Source of the DNA: a virus
Taxonomy: Duplodnaviria > Caudoviricetes
Length of the DNA: 64,000 nt
Strand: one strand, 5' to 3'
Virus record (IMG/VR): IMGVR_UViG_3300035208_004923
Span: 224,001-288,000 of that record
Both the position numbers and the translations under genes were made by a program. This document shows positions 50,652 to 60,436 of the stretch, one piece after another; positions within the stretch are counted from its first letter, which is position 1; each line of letters opens with the position of its first letter. The notes under the pieces are model-generated. The model made no database searches. It saw only the letters and a program-made list of their open reading frames with translations, and was not told where the DNA came from.

Positions 50652-51814
50652 TATTCGCCTTTATCTTTTTTAATTGCGGCTGCAACTGTATGAACTGCAG
50701 TTTCTGCTATTGTTGTTAAAAATAATCCTTTAGATACTAATTCCAAAGTATGTAATATCCATCCAATTCCTGGTATCAATACAATGATACTTGCAGCAAT
50801 TGCTGTTTCTCCTAAATGTTCAATCATGCCAGCAACACCATGTTCTAAAACATAGCCGGCAAGAATTCCAAACAATGTTCCCATAAACACAAATTCAAAT
50901 GGTCCTGGCGCGCCAATATATTTTGTTAACATTTGAGATGCCTTTTCAAACGCGTTGTTTGCATTTTTTGCAACAAATGCTTCAGCATGATGCATCCAAG
51001 TAAACGGAGGGAATTTTGTTAATTTTTTTGCAATTGATGATACTAATGGCAAATGAATTGTTCCATGCCCGTCAGATTCAAATACGTCATATCCTTCAGT
51101 AATCAATTCAGCCATTGATAAGTATACAGCTTTTTCCATTATGTATTCAATTGATTCATTTGTTTTTGTTGCTGCTGTAATTCCTTGTGTCATTGTTTTT
51201 GCAGCATCACCTGTAAAATATTGAATCGTATGTTTACACATTGCTCCAAGATTCTTTATTTCTTCTGATGTTTTATCAACACCATGTTTATGAATTTTTG
51301 GAGTTGCTGATTCAATAATTTTATCCTTCAATGGCGCATATTTAGATTGCGTTTGGTTATAAATCCATGCCCATGCTTTCTTTAAAAATGTTGCAATTGT
51401 ATTTGAAATAACTTTAACTAATCCAGTAATATCTGAACCTATTTTAATAAGTACTTCTTGTGTTTTCGATAACGCAGATTTTCCTTTTTCTTTTGCAGTT
51501 TCAATTGCTGCAGCTGCTTTATCTTTCCATTTTTGCGCTAAACTTTCGCCAGCTTCATTAATTGATAAACACCATTCATAAACAGCGTTTTCATTTAACG
51601 TTCCTTCAAATAAATCGTTTGTTCCGTTATTTTCTTTAATAATAACAAGTACAGATTTTTCAAGTTCGTTTAGGATTATTGACTTTTCTGACAACAAAGA
51701 TTCGATTAATTTTTCTTTGTGGTCTATTTGAATGAATTTATCATAATCTTTTTGAATTGCAATAAACGCATTCTCGTTTACATATTCGTTTAATGTAGGT
51801 ATTCTATGTTTCAT
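50651..51814 (-). CDS. Leader-bearing protein with C-terminal hydrophobic helices
   Basis: MKHRIPTLNEYVNE; several LNE/INE sites; FVFMGTLFGILAGYVL, IAASIIVLIPGIGWIL. Confidence 0.7.
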   Translation of the reverse strand: MKHRIPTLNEYVNENAFIAIQKDYDKFIQIDHKEKLIESLLSEKSIILNELEKSVLVIIKENNGTNDLFEGTLNENAVYEWCLSINEAGESLAQKWKDKAAAAIETAKEKGKSALSKTQEVLIKIGSDITGLVKVISNTIATFLKKAWAWIYNQTQSKYAPLKDKIIESATPKIHKHGVDKTSEEIKNLGAMCKHTIQYFTGDAAKTMTQGITAATKTNESIEYIMEKAVYLSMAELITEGYDVFESDGHGTIHLPLVSSIAKKLTKFPPFTWMHHAEAFVAKNANNAFEKASQMLTKYIGAPGPFEFVFMGTLFGILAGYVLEHGVAGMIEHLGETAIAASIIVLIPGIGWILHTLELVSKGLFLTTIAETAVHTVAAAIKKDKGE

Positions 51815-51818
51815 ATTT

Positions 51819-52103
51819 TTAATTTCTCTTTTTTAATTTATTTAAAAGATTCTTTGGAATAAACGTCAAATCTGTATCTTCTTCAAACGAAACAAGCCAT
51901 TCGCTATAACTAATGTCTATGACGTCATCACGGTGCTTAGGATCTTTGATTATTTTTAAAAGTTCTTCCCATTCTTTATGTGCAGCAGAACTAGATTTAT
52001 CACCTTCAAATTCATAATCATCTGAATTCATAAAACTTAAAGGATGTGCAATATATTCGTTGACGAATTCATCAAGTGTCGGTATTCTTTTTTTCATATG
52101 CAT
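51819..52103 (-). CDS. Leader-bearing putative internal head protein
   Basis: MKKRIPTLDEFVNE. Confidence 0.7.
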   Translation of the reverse strand: MHMKKRIPTLDEFVNEYIAHPLSFMNSDDYEFEGDKSSSAAHKEWEELLKIIKDPKHRDDVIDISYSEWLVSFEEDTDLTFIPKNLLNKLKKRN

Positions 52104-52663
52104 TATTTTGGTTCAATTATTTCTTCTTTGTAACTTTTAAATGGAATAACATTCACACTTAATAATTTTTTAGTATTAAGGTTGCCACTTGGCAATTTTT
52201 CCAATGCAAGATGATATTTATTATATGCGTATTCTTTAACAATTTGAGACATGTCAGTATATTTTGTTGCTTTCAAGAACTTTGTTACTGTTCCTTTATT
52301 TTCAATTAAAAAACCAATTTCGTTTGCAGATTCAGATCCTTTTAATGCAAAAAAGTTAACATAATGACTTACAGATATTTCAGCGCAAAGTGCGTTTGCA
52401 ACTTCAAACACGCTTCTGAACTTTGGCGGTGGTGTACTACAAATATAATATACATTATCTCTACTTGTTGTGTATTCACCATTTTTCAAATTATTTAGAA
52501 AATATGATAAATCTTCCTTTGTTGCATTTTCTTTCATGCTATCATTTGATGCATAAAATGCAGAACCGTCTAACATACCAACCAATATAAATATTGGAGA
52601 TGGACTTGACATATCGGCACCTTCGTTTATAAAGTCATCTAGACTAGGTATTCTTTGTTTCAT
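52103..52663 (-). CDS. Leader-bearing putative internal head protein
   Basis: MKQRIPSLDDFINEG. Confidence 0.7.
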   Translation of the reverse strand: MKQRIPSLDDFINEGADMSSPSPIFILVGMLDGSAFYASNDSMKENATKEDLSYFLNNLKNGEYTTSRDNVYYICSTPPPKFRSVFEVANALCAEISVSHYVNFFALKGSESANEIGFLIENKGTVTKFLKATKYTDMSQIVKEYAYNKYHLALEKLPSGNLNTKKLLSVNVIPFKSYKEEIIEPK

Positions 52664-52667
52664 ATTA

Positions 52668-52946
52668 TTAATTTAATTCGTCTTTTAATGCCTTTAAATT
52701 TGTTCCTCTATTATCGGCAGCGTGTACGATAACAATGCTATCTTTTATTGCAAGTAATGTACATTTATGTTTTGCAATTACGCCTTCCAATATTTCGATA
52801 TTAGTTCGGGTAACAGGTCTGTCTAGAAATATAGCTATTGCATCTGTTGCTGTTACAATATCTGCTTGTTCACGTTCAGCTTCTGATACATTGCTTACAA
52901 TTTCTTTACTGCTGAATTCTTCGATTGTTGGTATTCTCTGTTTCAT
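52668..52946 (-). CDS. Leader-bearing putative internal head protein
   Basis: MKQRIPTIEEF. Confidence 0.65.
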   Translation of the reverse strand: MKQRIPTIEEFSSKEIVSNVSEAEREQADIVTATDAIAIFLDRPVTRTNIEILEGVIAKHKCTLLAIKDSIVIVHAADNRGTNLKALKDELN

Positions 52947-52948
52947 AA

Positions 52949-53407
52949 TTATTTGATAAATTTAGGCATAACTGCTTTTAAGAATTTGATTATAATAGCA
53001 GGTGCATCGCTTGGTTTACTTACTTGAATTTCATAATCATTTGAACCTTTTTTGCTAAAACCAAGTTTTTTAGCAATCTTGATTGATTCTTCGGATGGAA
53101 TATCGAAAGTTGGGCCATTGCTCCAAACTGTTTGCGTTATCTCAGGAACTGCTGATTCAACATCGGCAAGAATTTGCATTCCAGTGATTTGCAATTTTTG
53201 TCCTCTATCACCCAAGTACATAAATATTTTTGATTGCGATTGGTCGCCATTATTTCCGTATATTGATATGCCAGCAAATAACGGTCCAACTACTTTTTTA
53301 AATGCAACATATGCAGGTTGTGGTTCTCTTTCAAGGTCAGCAGCTTCATTTATGTAATTTGCGTTTTCATTAATGAACTCGTCTAATGTAGGTATTCTTT
53401 GTTTCAT
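52949..53407 (-). CDS. Leader-bearing putative internal head protein
   Basis: MKQRIPTLDEFINENANYINEA. Confidence 0.7.
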   Translation of the reverse strand: MKQRIPTLDEFINENANYINEAADLEREPQPAYVAFKKVVGPLFAGISIYGNNGDQSQSKIFMYLGDRGQKLQITGMQILADVESAVPEITQTVWSNGPTFDIPSEESIKIAKKLGFSKKGSNDYEIQVSKPSDAPAIIIKFLKAVMPKFIK

Positions 53408-53413
53408 AATAAA

Positions 53414-53668
53414 TTATTTTTTATCAGCCACGTCACTTAAAAGACCTTGATAGTCATTAAGTTTCGACAATTTTTTTTCTAAACTATCAATAGCAGATTG
53501 CGAACGTGCATTTGATATTTTATCTGTTACTATATAAATCTCTTCATCAATTATCTCTTGAATGTCTTTTATTTTTTCAATAGACATTGCATCTAATTCT
53601 TTTTCTTTATAAAAAGTTATTGAACTTTCATTGATAAATTCATCCAAACTTGGTATTCTTTGTTTCAT
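53414..53668 (-). CDS. Leader-bearing putative internal head protein
   Basis: MKQRIPSLDEFINES. Confidence 0.7.
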   Translation of the reverse strand: MKQRIPSLDEFINESSITFYKEKELDAMSIEKIKDIQEIIDEEIYIVTDKISNARSQSAIDSLEKKLSKLNDYQGLLSDVADKK

Positions 53669-53746
53669 ACTAATTTGTTTATTTTATATATTCATAAATT
53701 AAAGCATAAAAAAAAAACGGAACTTTACGCTCCGTTTCAATTTAAC

Positions 53747-54610
53747 TTATATAGTTCTTATGCCTTTAACTTTTATATTGCCTTGTGGGTCTCGTATTAC
53801 ATATTGTTTTTTTCCAACAAACATACCTTGATATCCAGGTTCTACATCAAACGAATGATACGTATAATCAGCGCCACGCATAGTTGCAAAAAATCTTTCA
53901 TTAATTTCATTAAAATTATTGAAATATATCGTGTCAGTATCAATATAAACGTAATGGCCTGGGAATATTTGTTCAGCTTTATGTAATATTCTATTTACGT
54001 TAAACGGTATTCTGTCTGCATTGAAACTGTTAAATTTTAAAGGTGACTTATTGCTAGCAATCATACCGAATACGTAATTTATAAATATCTTTAAAACTAA
54101 ATTTGCATTAGAATAATCTTGATTATTTTCGATTTGTGCATGTTTCAATTCTATTCGCAAATCTTTTGCTCTTGAAAAAATTGAATGAAAATTTGAATGC
54201 GTACATATTGAACTATTTGATAATTTTAGTATTTCTGTTGGATATGCAGATACTATACTAACAGCAGTTAAATTTGTTGCCCATTTATTTGCAAAATTGC
54301 TGTTTACAACAACTGTACCTGGGATGAATGATTCTTTGTTTGTGTAAATTACATTCATGTTATAATCAATCTCTGGCATTGTTGGCACATCACCATGTAA
54401 AAAATGTAATAAAGAATAAACAAAATACCAGACTTCAATCTTATTTTCGATTTCAAGTAGTTCTTTATTGTTTAATACGTTTAATAGATTATCAACAGTT
54501 CGTATCGGTGGATTACTTTGCCATGTTTTAATTGCTCTTTGTAAACCGTTGTTGAATGATTCTGCATACAATGCTGCATCGTTTGGAAATGATTGTTTTA
54601 CTTTTGTCAT
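53747..54610 (-). CDS. Truncated, degenerate family-B DNA polymerase palm/fingers paralog
   Basis: SIVSAYPTEI (motif A, Asp lost), KIFINYVFG (B), YIDTDTIY (C), KKQY, VKG. Confidence 0.65.
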   Translation of the reverse strand: MTKVKQSFPNDAALYAESFNNGLQRAIKTWQSNPPIRTVDNLLNVLNNKELLEIENKIEVWYFVYSLLHFLHGDVPTMPEIDYNMNVIYTNKESFIPGTVVVNSNFANKWATNLTAVSIVSAYPTEILKLSNSSICTHSNFHSIFSRAKDLRIELKHAQIENNQDYSNANLVLKIFINYVFGMIASNKSPLKFNSFNADRIPFNVNRILHKAEQIFPGHYVYIDTDTIYFNNFNEINERFFATMRGADYTYHSFDVEPGYQGMFVGKKQYVIRDPQGNIKVKGIRTI

Positions 54611-54739
54611 TGAAGTTATCGTTTTAGTTACTTATTTGAAATTATCGCAGTATAAATCAATTGAAGTTATCGACTTGATTTTTTATTTGTTTAATTTATA
54701 TACAGGAAAAGATAAAAGTTTTACTTCAATATAACGCAT

Positions 54740-54767
54740 AAAAAAAGGGAACCGAAGTTCCCTTTTT
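54740..54767 (-). terminator. Intrinsic terminator after major capsid gene
   Basis: aaaaaagggaaccgaagttcccttttt. Confidence 0.85.
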
Positions 54768-54798
54768 GAATTATATGTTAATTTAATTAATCCTAAGA

Positions 54799-56508
54799 TT
54801 ATACTAAACCTCCAGCTGGAGTAGCAACGAAGAATGTGAAATACATTGTTTCTGGGTGGAAACCTGCTTCAACAAGAGCGTAACGAGATTTAACGGCAAC
54901 TTTCGGAGTCATTGTACCTTCAGCAATTGTTTGGATAGTTTCAGCCATCAAGTAAGGCATGTATTTTAATCCTGGTTCTTCATCAGCACCTTTACGTCCT
55001 ACTAATACACGAGTATCAGACCAAGACATGTTAGGGTCAACATATACAGTCATACCTGCAACAGCACCTACTGGGTAAAGTGAACCGTTGTTTTGGTTGA
55101 TTGTATTTGCCATTGGAGCAAATGTGAATTGTGCAGAATCTTGTAAGATTGTAGCGATTTGAAGGTTTGTAACAATGAAGTTAGCAGGACCTCTACGACC
55201 TCTTTGAGAGATTACGTTACCACCAGCAAGAATTCTTGAGAAAACTCTACGTTGAACAGTCCATTGGTTTTCAAATGCTGCAGAAGGATTAGCTCCAGCG
55301 AACAATGACATAACAGGAACAGACATTGTAGTAGTTGCACCGTCTTTATTGTTGAATGTTTGGTAAGTTGTACTAGCACTTGGGTCAGTTTGCAAGTTGA
55401 AGTTTTGACCTTCTACTTCAGCAAATGTATTGTGGTTAGTCCATCCTAAAGCAAACGCTCTTGATAAGATGTGTTTGTTGATTGATTGAGATACTTCGTT
55501 CACTAATGAATTTTCAACCATACCTACAACATCGATACCGAATTGACGGTTAAGATCTTGTATTTGTTCAGTTGTTACAGTAGCAGCAGCTTGGTAAGTT
55601 TCAGCTTCAACGAACTTAGTGAATGTTTGAAGACCCATAGTTCTGTAGTAAGTTTGTTCACCAATACCTCTTCTCATTGGTTCTGGGTTAGAAGCACCAT
55701 TTGCATAGTTTCCAGTCCAAGCATCACCATCTTGAGCACCAGCACCAGTATATCCTTGGATATGATCTTCTAAAGCTTTCACTAAAGAAGCAGTTGCAGT
55801 ACAAGGTGTAGCAGCAGGAGAACCATCAGAATCAATTGTAAATGCAGATCCAGTGTTGAATACATCAGCAACTAATAAATGAGGAGTTGAGATAGAAGCA
55901 GTTTGCCAAGCAGAACCGATTTTATATTTTTCGCCAGATTTAAGAGCACGGAAGATTTTGTATGCATCGATACGAGATTTACCAATATAGATTAACTCTA
56001 AGTTGTTTGATCCTGAAGTTGCAACATATTTAGTACCTACTGTGTAAGAACCACCGATGTTAACTTTAATCATTGTTGGGTTTTCTGCGTTTGCATCAGA
56101 TGGGTCGTTTGGTAATTTACCACCAGCATAAACGTAGTCAAGGTAAGTTAATACTCCTGAAGGACCGTTCATTGGAATTACAGGTACAATATCAAAACCG
56201 ATTGTTCTAGCACCAACTTGGATTGCAAGAGGTAAAAGAGAAGGGAATTTGTCACCTGAACCAGTTGCAGCGCTATGGAAAGCAGCACCACCAGCAACTT
56301 GACCTGTAGCCACGTTACCCATACCTGGAGTGTTTTGTAAAGATGCAGCAGGCCATGCCCATCCGCCTACGAAAGAAGATTCATTCAAAGCGTGGAAGTG
56401 GCAATATTTTGATAACCAAGCAAGTTTACTTTTGTCTGTAATTTGCGTTTTTTCTTCTACGATTGGTGCCCATTCTTCGAAAATTTGTTTTTCGTTTAAA
56501 AGTTTCAT
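54799..56508 (-). CDS. Major capsid protein (T4 gp23-like)
   Basis: VPVIPMNGPSG, EQIQDLNRQFGID, RRGPANFIV, YMPY, VKSRYAL; biased codon usage; start reassigned to ATG 56508. Confidence 0.92.
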   Translation of the reverse strand: MKLLNEKQIFEEWAPIVEEKTQITDKSKLAWLSKYCHFHALNESSFVGGWAWPAASLQNTPGMGNVATGQVAGGAAFHSAATGSGDKFPSLLPLAIQVGARTIGFDIVPVIPMNGPSGVLTYLDYVYAGGKLPNDPSDANAENPTMIKVNIGGSYTVGTKYVATSGSNNLELIYIGKSRIDAYKIFRALKSGEKYKIGSAWQTASISTPHLLVADVFNTGSAFTIDSDGSPAATPCTATASLVKALEDHIQGYTGAGAQDGDAWTGNYANGASNPEPMRRGIGEQTYYRTMGLQTFTKFVEAETYQAAATVTTEQIQDLNRQFGIDVVGMVENSLVNEVSQSINKHILSRAFALGWTNHNTFAEVEGQNFNLQTDPSASTTYQTFNNKDGATTTMSVPVMSLFAGANPSAAFENQWTVQRRVFSRILAGGNVISQRGRRGPANFIVTNLQIATILQDSAQFTFAPMANTINQNNGSLYPVGAVAGMTVYVDPNMSWSDTRVLVGRKGADEEPGLKYMPYLMAETIQTIAEGTMTPKVAVKSRYALVEAGFHPETMYFTFFVATPAGGLV

Positions 56509-56539
56509 TTTATTGAATTTTTTTATTTTAATGTTTGTT

Positions 56540-58591
56540 TTATCTGTTGAATCTATCAAGATTTGCTTTTACGCTTTCCATATAGCTTTTGCTATATCCA
56601 CGTTGTGCAGCTCCAGTTTCTTCAACAATTTGAGCATTTGCTGATTCGTTCAGCGTACCGTTGCCTTCAACTTTATGCAATCCACGAGTTTGCCAGAAAT
56701 TGATTACTTGTCGTTCAGTATTCAATGGGTACAATTTCGATTGTGAAGCAATTTGATTCTTTGCAGATTCAGTTAGAGATTCCCAAGTTGCTTTGTACTC
56801 CTCAGGCATTTTTTCTAACCATAGGTCAGATTTTGGTGCTAGAGATTGAGTTGCTGCTCTTTCAAGTAAAGCAGTCATTTCTTCTTTACTTTTGTGGTTG
56901 TTTTCATTGATAGACGATGCAATCTGTTGTTTTTGAATGTCTGTAAAAGAAATAAATTTCTTAACTTGTTCGCCATCTAAATTCTTTAAGAAAGGATAAT
57001 TTTCAATGTGTTCATTGATTGGATTCATCTTTTGTGTTTGGATAGATTCCAATAAGTTGTCAATTTTGCTTCCTAAAGAAGTATATTTACTTAATATGTT
57101 TTCTTTTTCATTAACAACAGCTTCATTAACAATTGGAGCAGTTGTGTTTGTTTTTACGCTTTCAGAAATTGCTTCAGCAAAACCTGCAACGTTTTCAAGA
57201 TCTTCACGAGTTGCAGCATTTTCACCTAAGTAATCAGCGTATACGTGAACTTCGTTTGTTTTCTCCATGATATAATCTTGGTAGTTCCATAAGTGATTAA
57301 TTTTTTCAGTAATTACTTCTTGGATATAAGATTGTGTTTCATGTAATTCTTTTGCTAAAACTTCTTCAGCATAATTTAAACCGTAATTTGCTTGTTCTGC
57401 AATTTTCTCAGAGTAAGCAATATTTTTTTCAAGTAACGGTCTAATTTTATCGTTTAAATAACCAGCAACATAATTATGATCTTCAGCAATTTTTTCAGTG
57501 TATGCAGCAACATGATTATGATCTTCTGCAATACGTTGTGTATAATCTGCTAACCAGTTATGATCTTCACCAATCAATTCAACATAATTAATTGTATCAG
57601 AAACATATTTAGAAAGTTCATTAGAATATTTCTTGATTGTAACAATTTCACCTTCAAGAACTTTAATTCTTTCATTTGTTTCATCGGTTGTAGATTCTTG
57701 TGGCTTAACAGATAAAGATTCCATTTTCTTAGTCATTTCAGCGATTGCCGATTCAAACTTTTCCATTTGTTCTTTAACATGTAAAGAATACTTGTACATA
57801 TCTTCAGCCGTAACAGTATTATTATTTTTTTCCATGCTTGATGAATTATTTTTATTATATATTGCTTCATTCAATGCATTTTTTTCAACTTGTGCATTTT
57901 GGGTTGAAGCAGGTTTTGTTTTCTTTGTTAAACTAAAATCATATATACTAAAATCAGCACCTTCAATTAATAAATCAGGATACTTATCAGTCACATCGTA
58001 TAAATTAATGCCATCAGCACCATTGAATCCTAATTCTTTATTTAATGAAGGTAATTCAGTTTCCATTACTAATCCTGAACAGATAGATTCGTATACACGT
58101 TCCATTTCAGCATTATCGCCAAATCCGCCATCCGCAACTAAATCATAAGTGAAGATTCTTTTGATTTTAACTTCTTTGTTTTCTTTAACAACACCTGCAG
58201 CTCTAGATGAAATACTAATAGGGAAACCTGAATCAACAAGTTTTCTAGCATTTAAACCAGCAGGGTCAGTATCTAATAATCGAATACGTCCTTTAAGTGT
58301 ACGTGTTTCTTTATCATACCAAATTTTTTCAACAAGATGTGAAATGTTTGCAAGACTTACATCGAATTTTTCAGGATGATCTAATTCACCAGCTAATTTA
58401 TTTCTTTTGATTTTTTCTTGTAAATATTCCAAGTGTGGCATGTATTCGTCTTCTTCGTAAATTCTATGATTTACGTTTTCTTTACCGAATACACAAAAAA
58501 TTCCTTCAAGAATATAATTGTCTTTATCAACAACTTTAAATTCATGACCAGATTTTTCAGTTAATAAAAATACCTTAGCGTTTTTTGACAT
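56540..58591 (-). CDS. Prohead protease (gp21-like) fused to scaffold/core domain
   Basis: NVNHRIY, GELDHP, ISH, ISSRAAG, TYDLVADGGF; coiled-coil tail with AEDHN repeats and many [LIV]NE sites. Confidence 0.88.
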   Translation of the reverse strand: MSKNAKVFLLTEKSGHEFKVVDKDNYILEGIFCVFGKENVNHRIYEEDEYMPHLEYLQEKIKRNKLAGELDHPEKFDVSLANISHLVEKIWYDKETRTLKGRIRLLDTDPAGLNARKLVDSGFPISISSRAAGVVKENKEVKIKRIFTYDLVADGGFGDNAEMERVYESICSGLVMETELPSLNKELGFNGADGINLYDVTDKYPDLLIEGADFSIYDFSLTKKTKPASTQNAQVEKNALNEAIYNKNNSSSMEKNNNTVTAEDMYKYSLHVKEQMEKFESAIAEMTKKMESLSVKPQESTTDETNERIKVLEGEIVTIKKYSNELSKYVSDTINYVELIGEDHNWLADYTQRIAEDHNHVAAYTEKIAEDHNYVAGYLNDKIRPLLEKNIAYSEKIAEQANYGLNYAEEVLAKELHETQSYIQEVITEKINHLWNYQDYIMEKTNEVHVYADYLGENAATREDLENVAGFAEAISESVKTNTTAPIVNEAVVNEKENILSKYTSLGSKIDNLLESIQTQKMNPINEHIENYPFLKNLDGEQVKKFISFTDIQKQQIASSINENNHKSKEEMTALLERAATQSLAPKSDLWLEKMPEEYKATWESLTESAKNQIASQSKLYPLNTERQVINFWQTRGLHKVEGNGTLNESANAQIVEETGAAQRGYSKSYMESVKANLDRFNR

Positions 58592-58614
58592 GTGATATAT
58601 GTTTTTATTTTATT

Positions 58615-58624
58615 TTATATATTC
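58615..58624 (-). promoter_or_regulatory. Putative late promoter GAATATATAA (representative of about 13 copies)
   Basis: Same 10-mer at 935, 2182, 15062, 16738, 33710, 34319, 41961, 44199, 48853, 53684, 62641 (minus) and 31647 (plus), each upstream of a start codon; resembles T4 late TATAAATA. Confidence 0.75.
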
Positions 58625-58641
58625 ATTTAATTTTGAAGCTT

Positions 58642-58932
58642 TTATGTAAGTCTAACAGGATTTTCGATACATCCAATAATAGAGCACGAATCATTTTCGT
58701 CAGAATACTTTATTTTTGCAATTGCAAAATTATATATGCCACCAGTTACAAAACAATCTTTCGGTATTTCAATTCCTTCTGTTGGATTGTTCAATAAGTA
58801 CAATGTTAAATTACCTTTTAATTCTTTTGTTGCCATTATACCTGTAATGTATCTGCTGTGTTGGTCCAAACCACCCTTACCTGGCGTATAATCAATATCG
58901 TGTTTGATTGGTACAATTTTAGTATATACCAT
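58642..58932 (-). CDS. Hypothetical protein
   Basis: 96-aa ORF. Confidence 0.55.
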   Translation of the reverse strand: MVYTKIVPIKHDIDYTPGKGGLDQHSRYITGIMATKELKGNLTLYLLNNPTEGIEIPKDCFVTGGIYNFAIAKIKYSDENDSCSIIGCIENPVRLT

Positions 58933-58933
58933 G

Positions 58934-59230
58934 TTATCGTTTTTTAAATTTATAAATCAAATATATTAATGCGGAAATAATTAAAACTTCGTTAAAATAT
59001 TCCAATAAGTTTGCGCTATTAAAATTAATGTTATGAAACATTGCAAAAAATTCGCCGATTGCGTAAAGAAGAGAGAAAAGAATAGTAACTTTAAGAAAAT
59101 TGATAACTTGCATACGTGTTAAACATATCATAGCTTTAACATTTTGTTTAAATCTTATGTATGTTTTAATAGACTTTAATAATAAGAAAAATGATAAACC
59201 GATTAATAAAATATGCAATGCTGTGTTCAT
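58934..59230 (-). CDS. Three-TM membrane protein
   Basis: Three hydrophobic segments. Confidence 0.55.
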   Translation of the reverse strand: MNTALHILLIGLSFFLLLKSIKTYIRFKQNVKAMICLTRMQVINFLKVTILFSLLYAIGEFFAMFHNINFNSANLLEYFNEVLIISALIYLIYKFKKR

Positions 59231-59775
59231 TATTTTGATTTTTTTTCAATGTATTGACGTGTTTCGTTTATATACGCCGCATACTCATTATTTAACATGC
59301 CAATTATATCTTTTGGATTGTAACCATGAATTAGATTTACGTAAAGATCTTGTGATATTTCAATGTAATTTATATGATTTTCCATGTATTCGTGTAAATG
59401 AACATTTCGATATTTAAGTTTACTTAAAACCGTAATATCTCTATCATATAAATTCTTTGTTATGATTTCCAAATTGCTTTTTATCAATTCTTGTCTTGCA
59501 GGGTCTTTAATATTATTCTCTGTATGAATTCGCATTATTGTTTCAATCAATGTAAACTTGGTTAACATGTATTGTGCTTCTATAATGTCGTACGAAGATT
59601 GTAATGTAAGATTGTTTGTATTCTCATCGTATAGAACTTTGTAAATCTTATCCAACGTTTTTGTTTGTCGAATAAACATAATCATGAATGCACTTAAGAA
59701 CACCACAATGATTAATGCGACAAATCCCAACTTCAAATATAATTCTCCCAATGTTCCTAGCGTATATGCATTCAT
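59230..59775 (-). CDS. Single-TM membrane protein (possible holin-like)
   Basis: N-terminal TM followed by soluble domain. Confidence 0.45.
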   Translation of the reverse strand: MNAYTLGTLGELYLKLGFVALIIVVFLSAFMIMFIRQTKTLDKIYKVLYDENTNNLTLQSSYDIIEAQYMLTKFTLIETIMRIHTENNIKDPARQELIKSNLEIITKNLYDRDITVLSKLKYRNVHLHEYMENHINYIEISQDLYVNLIHGYNPKDIIGMLNNEYAAYINETRQYIEKKSK

Positions 59776-59872
59776 TAAATTGTGTTATTTTACGTATAGA
59801 ATCACAATGTGATTGTTTAATTATATATTACATTCAAAAATGAACATTATTGAAGAATATAATGGTTTAGGA

Positions 59873-60271
59873 CTATTTATATGTGTATGCAGCCAAACTT
59901 TTACCATATTTATCTGCAAATTCTGGCAACTTTGCATTTGGACATGAATCAATAATTTCTAATGGTTTTCCTTCAAACATTGGACGGTCGGATTGGTCTG
60001 CTTTAAATGATTGCGTTCCGCCTATGGGTTTCATTGATTTTTTTCCTGCCGTGAATACAACTATTGTTTTGATAATGTTTCCGTTGTAATCTTTATTTGC
60101 CCATATTTCAGCTGTTCCATCAGGCCATGTTTCATACACGTTGAAATATTTTGATGAACCGGTTTTGAGATTTAATGTTCCGATTGATGCAACAGCAGCA
60201 CCAGAATTATAACGTCTGTTATTGTTTGCTTCATTGATAAATTCATCTAATGATGGTATTCTTCTTTCCAT
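59873..60271 (-). CDS. Leader-bearing putative internal head protein
   Basis: MERRIPSLDEFINEA. Confidence 0.7.
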   Translation of the reverse strand: MERRIPSLDEFINEANNNRRYNSGAAVASIGTLNLKTGSSKYFNVYETWPDGTAEIWANKDYNGNIIKTIVVFTAGKKSMKPIGGTQSFKADQSDRPMFEGKPLEIIDSCPNAKLPEFADKYGKSLAAYTYK

Positions 60272-60436
60272 AATATTTATATTTTTATTTTATATATTTC
60301 CTGGAAAAAAAGCATAAAAAAACGGATTACCTCTTTCGAAGTAATCCGTAATTTTTTTGGAGCCGAATGAATTGTTCGGCAACTCCACCACTTTGTTTAA
60401 TATTTTATGCGGTAAAACAAAGAAACCGCCTTTTCT

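Noticed and set aside
56509-56559. Extended N-terminus of the capsid ORF
   Set aside because: It overlaps the protease gene end; ATG 56508 has the typical A-rich context
60359-60390. Complete tRNA gene
   Set aside because: No D arm or anticodon arm; kept only as a low-interest minihelix
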